A DNA stretch of 64,000 bases, from the NCBI RefSeq assembly GCF_009914755.1, contig NC_060947.1; one strand, given 5' to 3'. Under the pieces are notes generated by a model, which did not search any database, had not been told where the DNA came from, and saw only the letters and a program-made list of their open reading frames with translations. The DNA comes from the human T2T-CHM13v2.0 reference genome, Homo sapiens. The position numbers and the translations under genes were made by a program. Shown in pieces: positions 24,701 through 39,892 of the stretch (within the stretch, counting starts at the first letter, position 1; each line of letters opens with the position of its first letter).

Positions 24701-25804
24701 TATAGTTGACTTCAATACTCCACTCTCTATAATGAATAGATCATCCCAACAGAAAATCAATAAGGACAAAACAGAACTGAAGAATAAAATAGACCCAATG
24801 GACCTAAAATGTATATACAGAACTTTCCACCCAACAGTAGAATTATCAAGCACACACAAAACATTCTTCAGGACAGATCACCTTTCAGGTCACAAAACAA
24901 GTCATAATAAATTTAAGAAGATTAATATCATACCAAGTATATTTTCTGACCACAATGGATTGAAACTACAAATCAATAACAATAAGAAAACACGAAAATT
25001 CACAAATATGTGGAAACTAAACAACACATTCTTGAACGACCATTGGGTCACAGAAGAAACCAAAATCTTGATAATATACCAAAACTTAAAGGATGCAGTA
25101 AAAGCATACTAATAGGGAAATTTATAGCAATAAATGCCTATATTTAAAAAGAAGAAACATATGAAATAAACAACCCAACTTATCACCTCCAGGAACTACA
25201 AAAAGAAGAAAAAAAAAACTAAGCCCAAAGGTAGCAGAACAAAGGAGATAATAAATGCTAGAGCAGAAATAAATAAAAAAGAGAATAAAAAAACAATTGG
25301 AAATAACTGACAAAACTAAGAGTTGATTTTTTTGAAAAAATAAACAAAATTGACAAGTCCTTATCTAGACTACGAAAAAAAGAGAGAAGACTCATATAAA
25401 TAAAATATAAATGAAAGAGGAGACACTACAACTGATGTCACAGAAACAGACAGAACCATAAGGGACTATTATAAGTGTCAACAAATTGGTTAACCTAGAG
25501 GAAATGGATAAATTCCTAGAAACATATAACATACCAAAACTGAATAACAAAGAAATAGAAAGCCTTAACAGACTAACAACAAATAGGGATATTAAATCTA
25601 GTAATCAAAAACCTTCCAACAAAGAAAAGCCCAGGACCAATGGCTTCATGGATGAATTCCATCAAACATTCAACGAAGTATTAATACCAGTATTTCTTAA
25701 ACTCTTCCAAAAAATACAAGAGAGAACACTTCAAAATACAATTTATTAGCCAACATCACCCTGATACCATATCCAGGCAAAAACAACACTAGAAAAGAAA
25801 ACTA

Positions 25805-26302
<498 letters not shown>

Positions 26303-26529
26303 TCAATCAATGTGATATACCACATTATCAGAATGAAAGATGAAAAACACATGATTATTTCGATCAATACAGAAAAAGAATTTGACAAAACTAGATATCC
26401 ATTCATAATAAAAACTTTCAGCAAGATAGATACAGAAGGAACTTAACACAATAAAGACCATATAGGAAAAGCTCACAGCTGATATCATAACCAAATGTGG
26501 AAAAACTGAAGGTTTTTCCTTTTAGATAC

Positions 26530-26852
26530 TGATATGGTTTGGCTCTATGTTCCCACTCAAATCTCACCTTGAATCGTAATCCCCATAATGCCCACATGTC
26601 AAGGGAGGGACCTAGTGGGAGGTGATTGGATCATGGGGATGGTTTCCCCCACGCTGTTCTCCTGATAGTGAGTTCTTATGAGAGCTGATGGTTTTATAAG
26701 TGTTTGACAGTTCCTCCTTCACACACTCTCTCTTGCCTGCTGCCATGTAAGATGTGCCTATTTCCCTTTCTGCTATGACTGTAGGTTTCCTGAGGAAAGA
26801 ACATGGGACTTATGGGACAGCCATGCAGAACTGTGAGTCAATTAAACCTCTT
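26530..26852 (+). mobile_element. MaLR LTR (MSTA/THE1D-like), 3'-truncated
   Basis: Begins TGATATGGTTTGGCTCT and stops at ATTAAACCTCTT. Confidence 0.85.
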
Positions 26853-29800
26853 AAAGCTTCATAAGTGAAGGAGAAATGAAATTCTTTACAGACAACCGAA
26901 TGCTGAGGGATTTTGTCACCATCAGACCTGCCTTACAAGAGCTCCTGAAAGAAGCACTAAACATGGAAAGGAACAACTGGTACTAGCCACTGCAAAAACA
27001 TACCAAATTGTAAAGAACATTGACACTATGAAGAAACTGCATTAACTAATGGGCAAAACAACCAGCTAGCATCATAATGACAGGATCAAATTCACACATA
27101 ACAATATTAACCTTAAATGTAAATGGGCTAAATACCCCAATTAAAAGACACAGACTGGCAAATTGGATAAAGAGTCAAGACCCATCAGTATGCTGTATTC
27201 AGGAGACTCATCTCACTTGCAAAGACACACATAGGCTCAAAATAAAGGGATGGAGGAATATTTACCAAGCAAATGGAAAGCAAAAAAAAAAGCAAGAGTT
27301 GCAATCCTAATCTCTGATAAAACAGACTTTAAACCAACAAAGACCAAAAGAGACAAAGAAGAGCATCACATAATGGTAAAGGGAAAAATGCAGCAAGAAG
27401 AGCTAACTATCCTAAATACATATGCACCCAATACAGGAGCACCCAGATTCATAAAGCAAGTTCTTAGAGACATACAAAGAGACGTAGACTCCCACACAAT
27501 AATAGTGGGATACTTTAACACCCCACTGTCAATATTAGATTAATGAGACAGAAAATTAACAAGGATATTCAGGACTTGAACTCAGCTCTGGACCAAGCAG
27601 ACCTAATAGAGATCTACAGAACTCTCCACCCCAAATCAACAGATTATACATTCTTCTCAGCACCACATTACACTTATTCTAAAACTGATTACATAATTCG
27701 AAGTAAAACACTCCTCAGCAAATACAAAAGAATGGAAATCATAACAAACAGTCTCTCAGACCACAGTGCAATCAAATTAGAACTCAGGATTAAGAAACAC
27801 ACTCAAAACCACAAAAATACATGGAAACTGAACAACCTGCTCCTGAATGACTACTGGGTAAATAATGAAATGAAGGCAGATATAAAGATGTTCTTTGAAA
27901 CCAATGAGAATGAAGACACAGCGTACCAGAATTTCTGGGACACACTTAAAGCAGTGTTTAGAGGGAAATTTACAGCACTAAATGCCCACAAGAGAAAGCA
28001 AGAAAAATTGAAAATTGACACCCTAACATCAAAATTAAAGAATTAGAGAAGCAACAGCAAACAAATTCAAAAGCTAGCAGAAGACAGGAAATAACTAAGA
28101 TCAGAGCAGAACTGAAGGAGATAGAGACACAAAAAAACCTTCAAAAAATCATTGAATCCAGGAGCTGGTTTTTTTGAAAAAATCAACAAAATAGATAGAC
28201 TTCTAGCCACACTAATAAAGAGGAAAAGAGAGAAGAATCAAATAGATGCAATAAAAAATGATATTGGGGATATCACCACTGATCCCACAGAAATACAAAC
28301 TACCATCAGAGAATACTATAAACACGTCTATGCAGATAAACTAGAAAATCTAGAAGAAATAGATAAATTCCTGGACACATACACCCTCCCAAGTCTAAGC
28401 CAGGAAGAAGTTGAATCCCTGAATAGACCTATAACAAGTTCTGAAATTGAGGCAGTAATTAATAGCCTACCAACCAAAAAAAGTACAGGACCAGACGGAT
28501 TCACAGACAAATTCTACCAGAGGCACAAAGAGGAGCTGGTACCATTCCTTCTGAAACTATTCCAAACAATAGAAAAAGAGGGAATCCTCCCTAACTCATT
28601 TTATGAAGCCAGCATCATCCTGATACCAAAACCTGACAGAGACACAACAAAAAAAGAAAATTTCAGGCCAATATCCCTGATGAACATCGATACAAAAATC
28701 CTCAATAAAACACTGGCAAACCAAATCCAGCAGCACATCAAAAAGCTTATCTACCACAATCAAGTTGGCTTCATCCCTGGGATGCAAGGCTGGTTCAACA
28801 TATGCAAATCAATAAACATAATCCATCACATAAACAGAACCAATGACAAAAACCACATGATTATCTCAATAGATGCAGAAAAGGCCTTCGATAAAATTCA
28901 ACACCCCTTCATGCTAAAAACTCTCAATAAACTATGTATCGGTGGAACATATCTCAAAATAATAAGAGCTATTTATGACAAACGCACAGCCAATATCATA
29001 CTGAATGGGCAAAAACTGGAAGCATTCCCTTTGAAAACTGGCACAAGACAGGGATGCCCTCTCTCACCACTCCTATTCAACATAGTATTGGAAGTTCTGG
29101 CCAGGGCAATCAGGCAAGAGAAAGCAATAAAGGGTATTCAAATAGGAAAAGAGGAAGTCAAATTGTCTCTCTTTGCAGATGACATGATTGTATATTTAGA
29201 AAACCCCATCATCTCAGCCCAAAACCTCCTTAAGCTGATAAGCAACTTCAGTAAAGTCTCAGGGTACAAAATCAATGTACAAAAATCACAAGCATTCCTA
29301 TACACCAATAACAGACAAACAGAGAGCCAAATCATGAGTGAACTCCCATTCACAATTGCTACTAAGAAAATAAAATACCTACGAATACAACTTATAAGAG
29401 ATGTGAAGGACCTCTTCAAGGAAAACTATAAACCACTGATCAAGGAAATAAGAGAGGACACAAACAAATGGAAAAACATTCCATGCTCATGGATAGGAAG
29501 AATCATTATCATGAAAATGGCCATACTGCCCAAAGTAATTTATAGATTCAATGCCATCTCCATCAAGCTACCACTGACTTTCTTCACAGAATTGGAAAAC
29601 ACTACTTTAAACTTCATATGGAACCAACAAAGAGCCCTCATAGCCAAGACAATCCTGGACAAGAAGGACAAAGCTGGAGGCATCATGCTACCTGACTTGA
29701 AACTATACTACAAGGCTACAGTAACCAAAACAGCATGGTACTGGGGCCAAACAGATATGCAGACCAATGGAACAGAATGGAGGCCTCAGAAATAACACCA

Positions 29801-31128
29801 CACAGTTACAACCATATGATCTTTGACAAACCTGACACAAACAAGCAATGGGGAAAAGATTCCCTATTTAATAAATGGTGTTGGGAAAACTGGCTAGCCA
29901 TATGCAGAAAACTGAAACTGGATCCCTTCCTTACACCTTTTACAAAAATCAACTCAAGATGGATCAAATACTTAAACGTAAGACCTAGGACCATAAAAAT
30001 CCTAGAAGAAAACCTGGGCAATACCATTCAGGAGATAGGCATGGGCAAAGACTTCATGTCTAAAACACCAAAAGCAATGGCAACAAAAGCCAAAATTGAC
30101 AAAGGAGATCTAATTAAACTAAAGAGCTTCTGCACAGCAAAAGAAACTATCATCAGGGTGAGCAGGCAACCTACAGGATGGGAGAAAATTTTTGCAATCT
30201 ATCCATCTGAGAAAGGGCTAATATCCAGAATCTACAAAGAACTTAAACAAATTTACAAGAAAAAAACAAACAACCCCATCAAAAAATGGGCAAAGGATAT
30301 GAACAGACACTTCTCAAAAGAAGACATTTATGCAGCCAACAGACATTTGAAAAAATGCTGATCATCACTGGTCATTAAAGAAATGCAAATCAAAACCACA
30401 ATGAGATACCAACTCACGCCAGTTAGAACGGTGATCATTAAAAAGTCAGGAAACAACAGATGCTGGAGAGGTTGTGGAAAAATAGGAACGCTTTTACACT
30501 GTTGATGGGAGTGTAAATTAATTCAACCATTGTGGAAGACAGTATGGCGATTCCTCAAGGATCTAGAACTAGAAATACCATTTGACCCAGCAAATCCCAC
30601 TACTGGGCATATACCCAAAGGATTATAAATCATTCTACAATAAAGACACATGCACATGTATGTTTACTGTGGCACTATTCACAATAGCGAAGACTTGGAA
30701 CCAACCCAAATGTCCATCAATGATAGACTGGATTAAGAAAATGTAGCACATATACACCATGGAATACTATACAGCCATAAAAAAGGATGAGTTCCTGTCC
30801 TTTGCAGGGACATGGATGAAGCTGGAAACCATCATTCTCAAAAACTATCACAAGATCAGAAAACCAAACACTGCATGTTCTCACTCATAAGTGGGAGCTG
30901 AACAATGAGAACACATGGAAACAGGGAGTGGAACATCACACGCTGGGGCCTGTTGGGGGGTGGGGGGCTAGGGGAGGGATAACATTAGGAGAAATACCTA
31001 ATGTAGGTGACGGGTTGATGGGTGCAGCAAACCACCAGGGCACGTGTATACCTATGTAACAAAACTGCATGTTCTGCTCATGTAACCCAGAACTTAAAAT
31101 ATAATTTAAAAAATAAATAAAATAAAAA
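26853..31128 (+). mobile_element. 5'-truncated L1PA (L1PA6-like): end of ORF1, frameshifted ORF2, 3' UTR
   Basis: MTGSNSHITILTLNVNG at 27077, 547-aa RT-containing ORF 28152-29795, A-rich tail. Confidence 0.92.
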
Positions 31129-31536
31129 GCATCCAAATAGAAGAGAATAGTAAAATTATCTCTTTTTGCAGATGACATGATCATACATGTAGAAAACTCT
31201 AAAGACTCAAAAAAAAATTGTTAGAACTAATACATGAATTCTGTAAAGTTGCAGGATACAAAATCAACATACAGAAATCAGTGGTGTTTCTATACACTAT
31301 AAAATATCCCAAAGGAAATTAGAAAATAATCTTATTTACAATAGCAACAAAAGAATAAAATACTTAGGAATAGACTTAACCAAAGAAATGAAAGACTTGT
31401 ACAATGAAAATATAGAAAACATTTATGAAGGAAATTAAAGAAGACACAGATAAATAAAAGATATTCCATATTCCTAGATTGGAAGAATTAGTATTGTTAA
31501 AATGTCCACACTACCCAAAGTAATCTATAGATTTGA

Positions 31537-31935
<399 letters not shown>

Positions 31936-32691
31936 TGGCAAAGCAATCTTAAGCAAGAAGAACAAAGCTAGAGGCATCATACTTCCTGATTTCAAAATAT
32001 ACTACAAGTCTCCAGTAATCAAAATAGTATGGTACTGGCATAAAAATAGACACATCAACCAAGGGAACAGAATAGAAAAGCCCAGAAATAAGTTCACACA
32101 TTTACAGTCAACAGATTTTTGACAAGGGTGCCAAGAACACACAACGGGGAAAAGAGAGTCTCTTCAATAAATGATATTGGGAAAACTGAATATCCACATG
32201 CAGAAGAAAGAAATTGGGCCCTTTTCTCACACTATACATAAAATTCAACTCAAAATTGATTAAACACTTGTATATAAGACCTGAAACTATAAAACTCCTA
32301 GAAGAAAACAGGAAAAAAGCTACCTGATATTGATTTGGGCAATAATTTTTTTATATGACACCAAAAGCACAGGCAACAAAAACAAAAATAGAAACTGGGA
32401 TTGCATTAAACTAAAAACTTTCTGCACAGCAAAAGAAATAATCAACAGAGTGAAAAGACAACCTATGGAATGGATGAAAATATTTGCAAACTGTATATCT
32501 GATAATGGGTAAGAAACTCAAACAACTCATTAGTAAGAAACAACCCAATTAAAAATGGGCAAAGAACCCAAATAGAATTTTTCAAAAGAAGAAATATAAA
32601 AGGCCAACAGATAAATGATGCTCAGCATCACTAACCCACAGGGAAATGCAAATCAAAACACAATGAGATATTCCCTCACATCTATTAGAAT

Positions 32692-33080
32692 AGTGTCTTA
32701 GTCTGTTATGGACTATAACTTATTATGGACTCTAATTTATTATGCTGCTATGACAGAATACCACAGACTGAGTAATTTGTAGTGAACAGAAATGTATTTG
32801 GCTCACAGTTCTGGAGGCTGGGCAGTCCAAGATCAAGAGGCCAGCATCTGGCAAAGGCCTTCTTTCTATATCATAACATGGCAGAAGGGCAAAAAGAGGG
32901 CAAGAGAGAGCAATTCAAATTCACAGCCTTAGGTGCTTTTGTAATCGGCATTAATCCATTCATGAGGGTGGAGTCCTCATAACCTAAACATCTCCCATTC
33001 GGCCCTACCTCCCAACACTGTCGCATTGGGAATTAAGTTTCCAACACATGTTTTTTGGGGAAAACACTCAAACCATAGCA
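32692..33080 (-). mobile_element. MaLR LTR (MST-like) inside the L1MA
   Basis: GGCTCACAGTTCTGGAGGCTGG...CAAACCATAGCA antisense MST text. Confidence 0.75.
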
Positions 33081-34142
33081 AATAGCTATTATCAAAAAGA
33101 CAAAAGATGACAAATGTTGGTGGTAATGTGGAGAAAAGGAAACCTTTGTACACTGTTGCTGCAAAAATAAATTGGTACAGCCATTATGAAAAACAGCATA
33201 GAGGTTCCTCAAAAAAACTAAAAATGAATACCATGTGATCTGGCAATCTCACTTCTGTTATATATCCAAAGGATACAAAATCAGTATGTTGAATATCTGC
33301 ACTCCCATGTTCACTGTAACAGTATTCACAATAGTCAAGATATGGAAACAACCTAAGTGTGTCCATTGATGGATGGAGGGATAAAGACAATCTGATATAT
33401 ATATATCTGATGGAATATTCCCACAATTATAAAATATTATTTGGCCTTAAAATAGAAGAAAATCCTCCCACTTGTGATAACATGGATGAACCTGGAAAAT
33501 ATTATGCTAAGTGTAATAAGCCAGACACTGAAAGAAAAATACTTCATGACCTCATATGTGGAATCTAAGATGGTCAAACTCATAAAAGCAGACAGTAGAA
33601 TCTTAGGTGCTAGGGACTGTGGTGTGGGGGAAACAGGGAGATGTTGATCAAAGGGTACAAAATTTCAATTATGCAAGATAAATTAGTTCTGGAGATCTAA
33701 TGTACGATATAGTAACTATAGTAAACAATATTGTATACTTGAAATTTGCTAAAAGAGTAGGTCATAAATGTTCTCACCACAAAAAAAGGTAGCTAGGCAA
33801 AGAGATAGATATATCTTAATTAGCTTGCTTGTGGTGACCATTTCACAATGTATCAAACATCATATATGAAAAACAAAATATATCAAAACATCAAGTTGTA
33901 CCTCTTAAATATATGCAACTTTTGTCAATTATACCTAAATAAAGATTTTTTAAAAGAGATGCAGTTCCTTGGGCACCATGTCAGTTCTACTGAATCAGAA
34001 TCTAAATTTTAATAAGACCCTTAGCTGTTTCATAAGCAGTAAAGTTTGAAAACACTGGCAGAGGACACAGTCAGCTGTGAAAGAGTACTGGGAATGCACA
34101 GCCTATCCTCCACCCTGGTCTCAGAATGATCTTCTAAGAATG

Positions 34143-34144
<2 letters not shown>

Positions 34145-34186
<42 letters not shown>

Positions 34187-34196
34187 AGAGAGAGAG
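34145..34196. repeat. (GT)19(AG)7 intron 22 microsatellite (classical haemophilia A linkage marker)
   Basis: Direct count; flanks TTCTAAGAATGTA and TCTATAATGTGGGCATTA. Confidence 0.9.
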
Positions 34197-34483
34197 TCTA
34201 TAATGTGGGCATTAATGAATGATCCCACTGTATGAATTAATGAGACACGTTAGTATCCAAAACGTGGGATTTGACACCTTGACATGTCTGGGTTCTGGAC
34301 AAAATTACATAACATATTCAAGAGAAAGGGAATACAGTTTGAGAAATATGGTAGTAATGCCAATTCGAAAGGCCTAGATTTAAACCATGGCATACAGCAT
34401 AAGAAATACTGAAAATGATATCACTCATAGAACACCTGGGATTTTTTATCTGCTTGAATACACTAAAATAGGTATCAGTGTAA

Positions 34484-34825
<342 letters not shown>

Positions 34826-35543
34826 TGGAAATTTTAAAAAATTATTCTGCCATGTAGCATTTTTTTCTTCCCAGGGAATAGAAAATATTAATAAATTTGT
34901 GGCTTTGTTCCTAAACAAGTTATACCAGAAATCACAATATTCTTTTTTATAAATATATCTGTATTGGGGGGTTAAAATAGAATGAATAACATATTCAAAC
35001 CATATAACTTTGTTTAAAGATTTACCAAGGATTTTGTTTTCTCTGCTGCTCTCCTTTCTATATAGGAGAAAATTTGACCTTCTATTTATGGCCTTTAGAT
35101 TTGGCTTTTGCAAGAGCTAGTATAATTAAATCCCAGGTAATAAGTAAACACTCCAAACCACCTCTCTGGGGTGGGATGGTGCAAAATCATTTGTAGAAAG
35201 CTACCTGTTTCGTCTAGCTACCTCCTGCGTAAGTGGGTACTGGCAGCTCTTGGGGGCCTGAATTTTATGTCTCATTTTGACTAAAATAATGAATGTGTAG
35301 TCTGACTCCAAAAGGGGATAGTCATCTTTGATTTGAGATAGGTCTCGTTATGTTTCCAAATTTCTGATTTAAAAGAAATTTGTTGCTACAGAATAATCAT
35401 TGAGAAGTAGAAGAAGTTTTGAAATGAAGTATATATCAATGTAAAATGCCATTCCGTTTTATCAGCATCCAAAAAGTTTATGTTGAACTTAAGAGTATTA
35501 TATAGCTAATAAATGTTGATCATTAACTTGTGACTAAACCGTA

Positions 35544-36231
<688 letters not shown>

Positions 36232-36384
36232 CCTGTATACATTGGCTTTGCCTTCATTCGTTACTCAATCTTTGTGCCTTGATTAGAAACCTGCTTGGGG
36301 AGACAATTTATTAATTCAACAAATAGTTAATGACTGACTATACAAATCCTAGATTCCATATATTATGTGCCAGGCATTGTGCTA

Positions 36385-39226
36385 GAAGGCCTCACTGGTA
36401 AATTCTACTAAATGTTTAAGGAAGGATTAACATTAATCCTTCTTAAACTCTTCCAAGAGACAGAAAAGGAGAGTAAACTTTACAACTCATACTATGAGGC
36501 CACCATATCTTGATATCAAAGCCAGACAAATATATCACAAGAAAAGAAAATTACAAATTGCATGTAATTGAATATGTGAGTATAATATTCCCTTATGCAT
36601 CTAGGTGCAAAAATCTTCAACAAAATATTAGCAAACCAAATCCAGCAGCATGTTATAAAGGTTATAGCCCATGCTCAAGTGGAAATTATCCCAATAATGC
36701 AAGACTGGTTCAACATAAGACAATCAATCCCCCAGTCAACTCCACATTAATAAAATATAGGGAAAAAAACCCCTGCAAGTTCATTCTGGTTGATGCAGAA
36801 AAATCACTTGATAAAGCTGAGCACCTTTTCATGACCAAAAAAAAAAAAAAAAAAAAAAACCACTAAGCAAACTAGAAATGGAAGAGAAAATCCACAACAT
36901 GATAAAGAGCATTCATAAAATACCCAAAACTAACATCACACTCAATGGTAGAAGACTGAAAGATATTTCCCTAACATTAGAAACGAGACAAGAATGCCTG
37001 CTTTTACTGCTTCTATTCAAAATTGTATTGGAAGTCTTAGCCAGAGCAATTAGGAAAAAAAGAAATAAAAGGCATCCAAATTGAAAAGGAATAAGTAAAG
37101 CTATCTTATTCTCAGATGAACATGAGCTTATGTATGGAAAACCCCGAAGAATCCACAAAACACTATAGAGCTAATAAACGAATTCAGCAAAGTTGCAAGA
37201 TATAAGATCAACGTGCAAAAATCAGTTGTATTTCTACACACTAGCAATGAACAATCTGAGATGAAATTAACAAAATAAAAAATAATTCTATTTAAAATAG
37301 CATCAAAAAGAATAAAATACTTAGGAATAAATTCAGCTAAGGAGGTAAAAGACTTGTACACTGAAAACTACAAAACATTGCTGAAAGATATTAGAGACAG
37401 CATAAAGAAGTGAAAATATATCCTGTGTTCATGAATTGGAAGACAATATTATTAAGATGATAGTACTACCCAAAGTGATCTACAGATTTAATACAATCTG
37501 CATCAAAATCCCAATGGCCATTTTTTTTTTGGCAGAAATGGAAAAGCCAATCTTAAAATTCATGTGTAATTGTGCAAGACCTCAAATAGCCAAAATAATC
37601 CTAAAAAATAACAAAGCTGGATAACTCACATTTCCCAAATTCAAAACTTCGTATAAAGCTACAGTTATCAATGCTTTGTGGTACTGGCATAAGGACAGAC
37701 ATATATATAAATGGAATAGAATTAAGAAGCAAGAAATAAACCCATAAATATATTCATGGGTATGTACCTCAAATATGGATGGTTCCCAGCTTATAATGGT
37801 TGGACTTACAATATTTTGACTTTATGATGGTATGAAAGCAACATGCATTCAGTAGAATCCATATGCATAAAAGTACTTAAAGTACACATACAACCATTCT
37901 GCCTTTCACTTTCAGTGCAATATTGAATAAATTACGTGAGATAGTCAACACTTCATTATAAATTTGGCTTTACGTTATATGATTTTGCCCAACTGTAGCC
38001 TAATTGTAAGTGTTCTGAGCATGTTTAAGGTAGGCCTGGCTAAATTATGATGATTGGTAGGTTAGCCGCTGATATGGTTTGGCTCTGTATCCCCACCCAA
38101 ATCTCACATCGAATTGTAATCCCCGTGTGTCAGAGGAGAGGCCTGGTGGGAGGTGATTGGATCATGGGGGTGGATTTCCCCTTGCTGTTCTTGAGACAGT
38201 GAGTGAGTTCTCATGAGATCTGATGGTTTAAAAGTGTATGACATTTCCGTCCTTCACTCTCTGTCTCTCCTGCTCCACCATGGTAAGGCGTGCTTGCTTC
38301 CCCTTTACCTGCTGCTGGGACTGTAAGTTTCCTGAGGCCTCACAGTCATGCTTCCTGTTAAGCCTGCAGAACTGTGAGTCCATTAAACCTCTTTTCTTCA
38401 TAAATTACCAAGTCTCAGGTAGTTCTTTATAGCAGTGTGAGAATGGACTAATATAGCTGTATTAAATGAATTTACACTAATAATGGTTTTAACTAACAAT
38501 GGGTTTATCAGGATATAATACCATCCCAAGTTGAGGAGCGTCTGCAATTTAAAACATCTGTTCAAACAAACACTTGTACAGGAGCGTTCATGGCAGCACT
38601 ATTCACACTATCCAATCAGTAATGTAGGGGATCAAATGCCACCTCAAAATATGCCACTTTGGCATATTGATTATTTTGTGTTTAAAGGCACTTGAAAGTA
38701 GCAGATGCAAGAAGGGCACACTGACCTTCCTTTTTTTTTCATGAAAGGAAGAGATGAAACTCTGATGTGAAAGGTATTATCTGTATACCAGGAAGAAGAA
38801 ACACATTCTTATTGCCAGAGATGGGGAGTCCAGGCTTGAGGGAAAGCTGCACCAAAAAACCTTGTTACACAACTCTTACCTTCTTAGTGACTTTTCCACA
38901 ATTAACTCTCCTAGCCCAAACCCCAATGTCTTGTTATGTTTTCACAATTTACCATACTTTTCCCACCCTAGTATGTAAGTATTCAGCTGTAATTAATCAC
39001 TTGAGTCTTCGTATTTCTTATGAGGGCTCCCATGTACATGTAAAAAATGCCAAATAAAATTTTGTATGCTTTTCTTTTGTTAATCTATCTTATTTAAGTC
39101 CTAGCTGGAGAATCTAAGAGGATAGAGGACAACATTTACCTCCCCTGCCATGGAAATCATTTAATGAACTGTTCATCAACTGATGAGTAGATAAACAAAA
39201 TGTGGCCTATTTATACAACAGAATAT
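36385..39226 (+). mobile_element. L1M ORF2/3' fragment with nested Tigger3/MER47-like MITE (37776-38545), MST LTR (38070-38455) and MER34-like LTR (38622-39148)
   Basis: ORFs give [15 protein letters not shown] and PKVIYRFN; terminal motifs of each insert are recognisable. Confidence 0.7.
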
Positions 39227-39892
39227 TTCTCGTTGGTGTTGTCTCAATGCTTAACACAGTATACCTGGCACTACCCTTCAATATTTTTTGAAGAATGAGC
39301 ACATGAATTATCATGTCTCCAGCTAGGTTCACCAGTATGAGTAATATGTAGTGAGTGTCTACTGTGTGCCATTTTACTACCTAAACTTTTTATGGACTCT
39401 GTCCCCTAGTCTTATCTACCAATGCCATTGTCTTAGTTGAGATATCTGTCATTTCTTGACTGGTATAATACAGCAGCTTTCTAATTCCAATCTCAGTCCT
39501 CTCTGTTCTATTCTCCACACACAATCCTCTCTGTTCTATTCTCCACACAGCTTCCAGGGTGATATTTCTAGAGGCAAATCAGACCACGTCACTCCCAAGC
39601 TGAAAGACCACAGTGGGTTCAGTGTAGCCTACAGGGTATTCTAAAACCTGAGCATGGCATAATAGAACCTCCATGTCTTGGCTCCTGCCTACCTCTTTCC
39701 CAGCCACATCAACCACTACTGCTCCACTGGCATCGTACTCTCCAGCCTTAATGAATTGGTTGCAACTCCCCTCCTCCCACCGGTGCCTTGGCTTCTCATC
39801 ATGCTACAGATTCTTTAACACACACATTGTCCTCCAAGAAGCTTGCCAGATCCACTCCTATTCTTTCAACGAAATGTTTATTGACCACTCTT

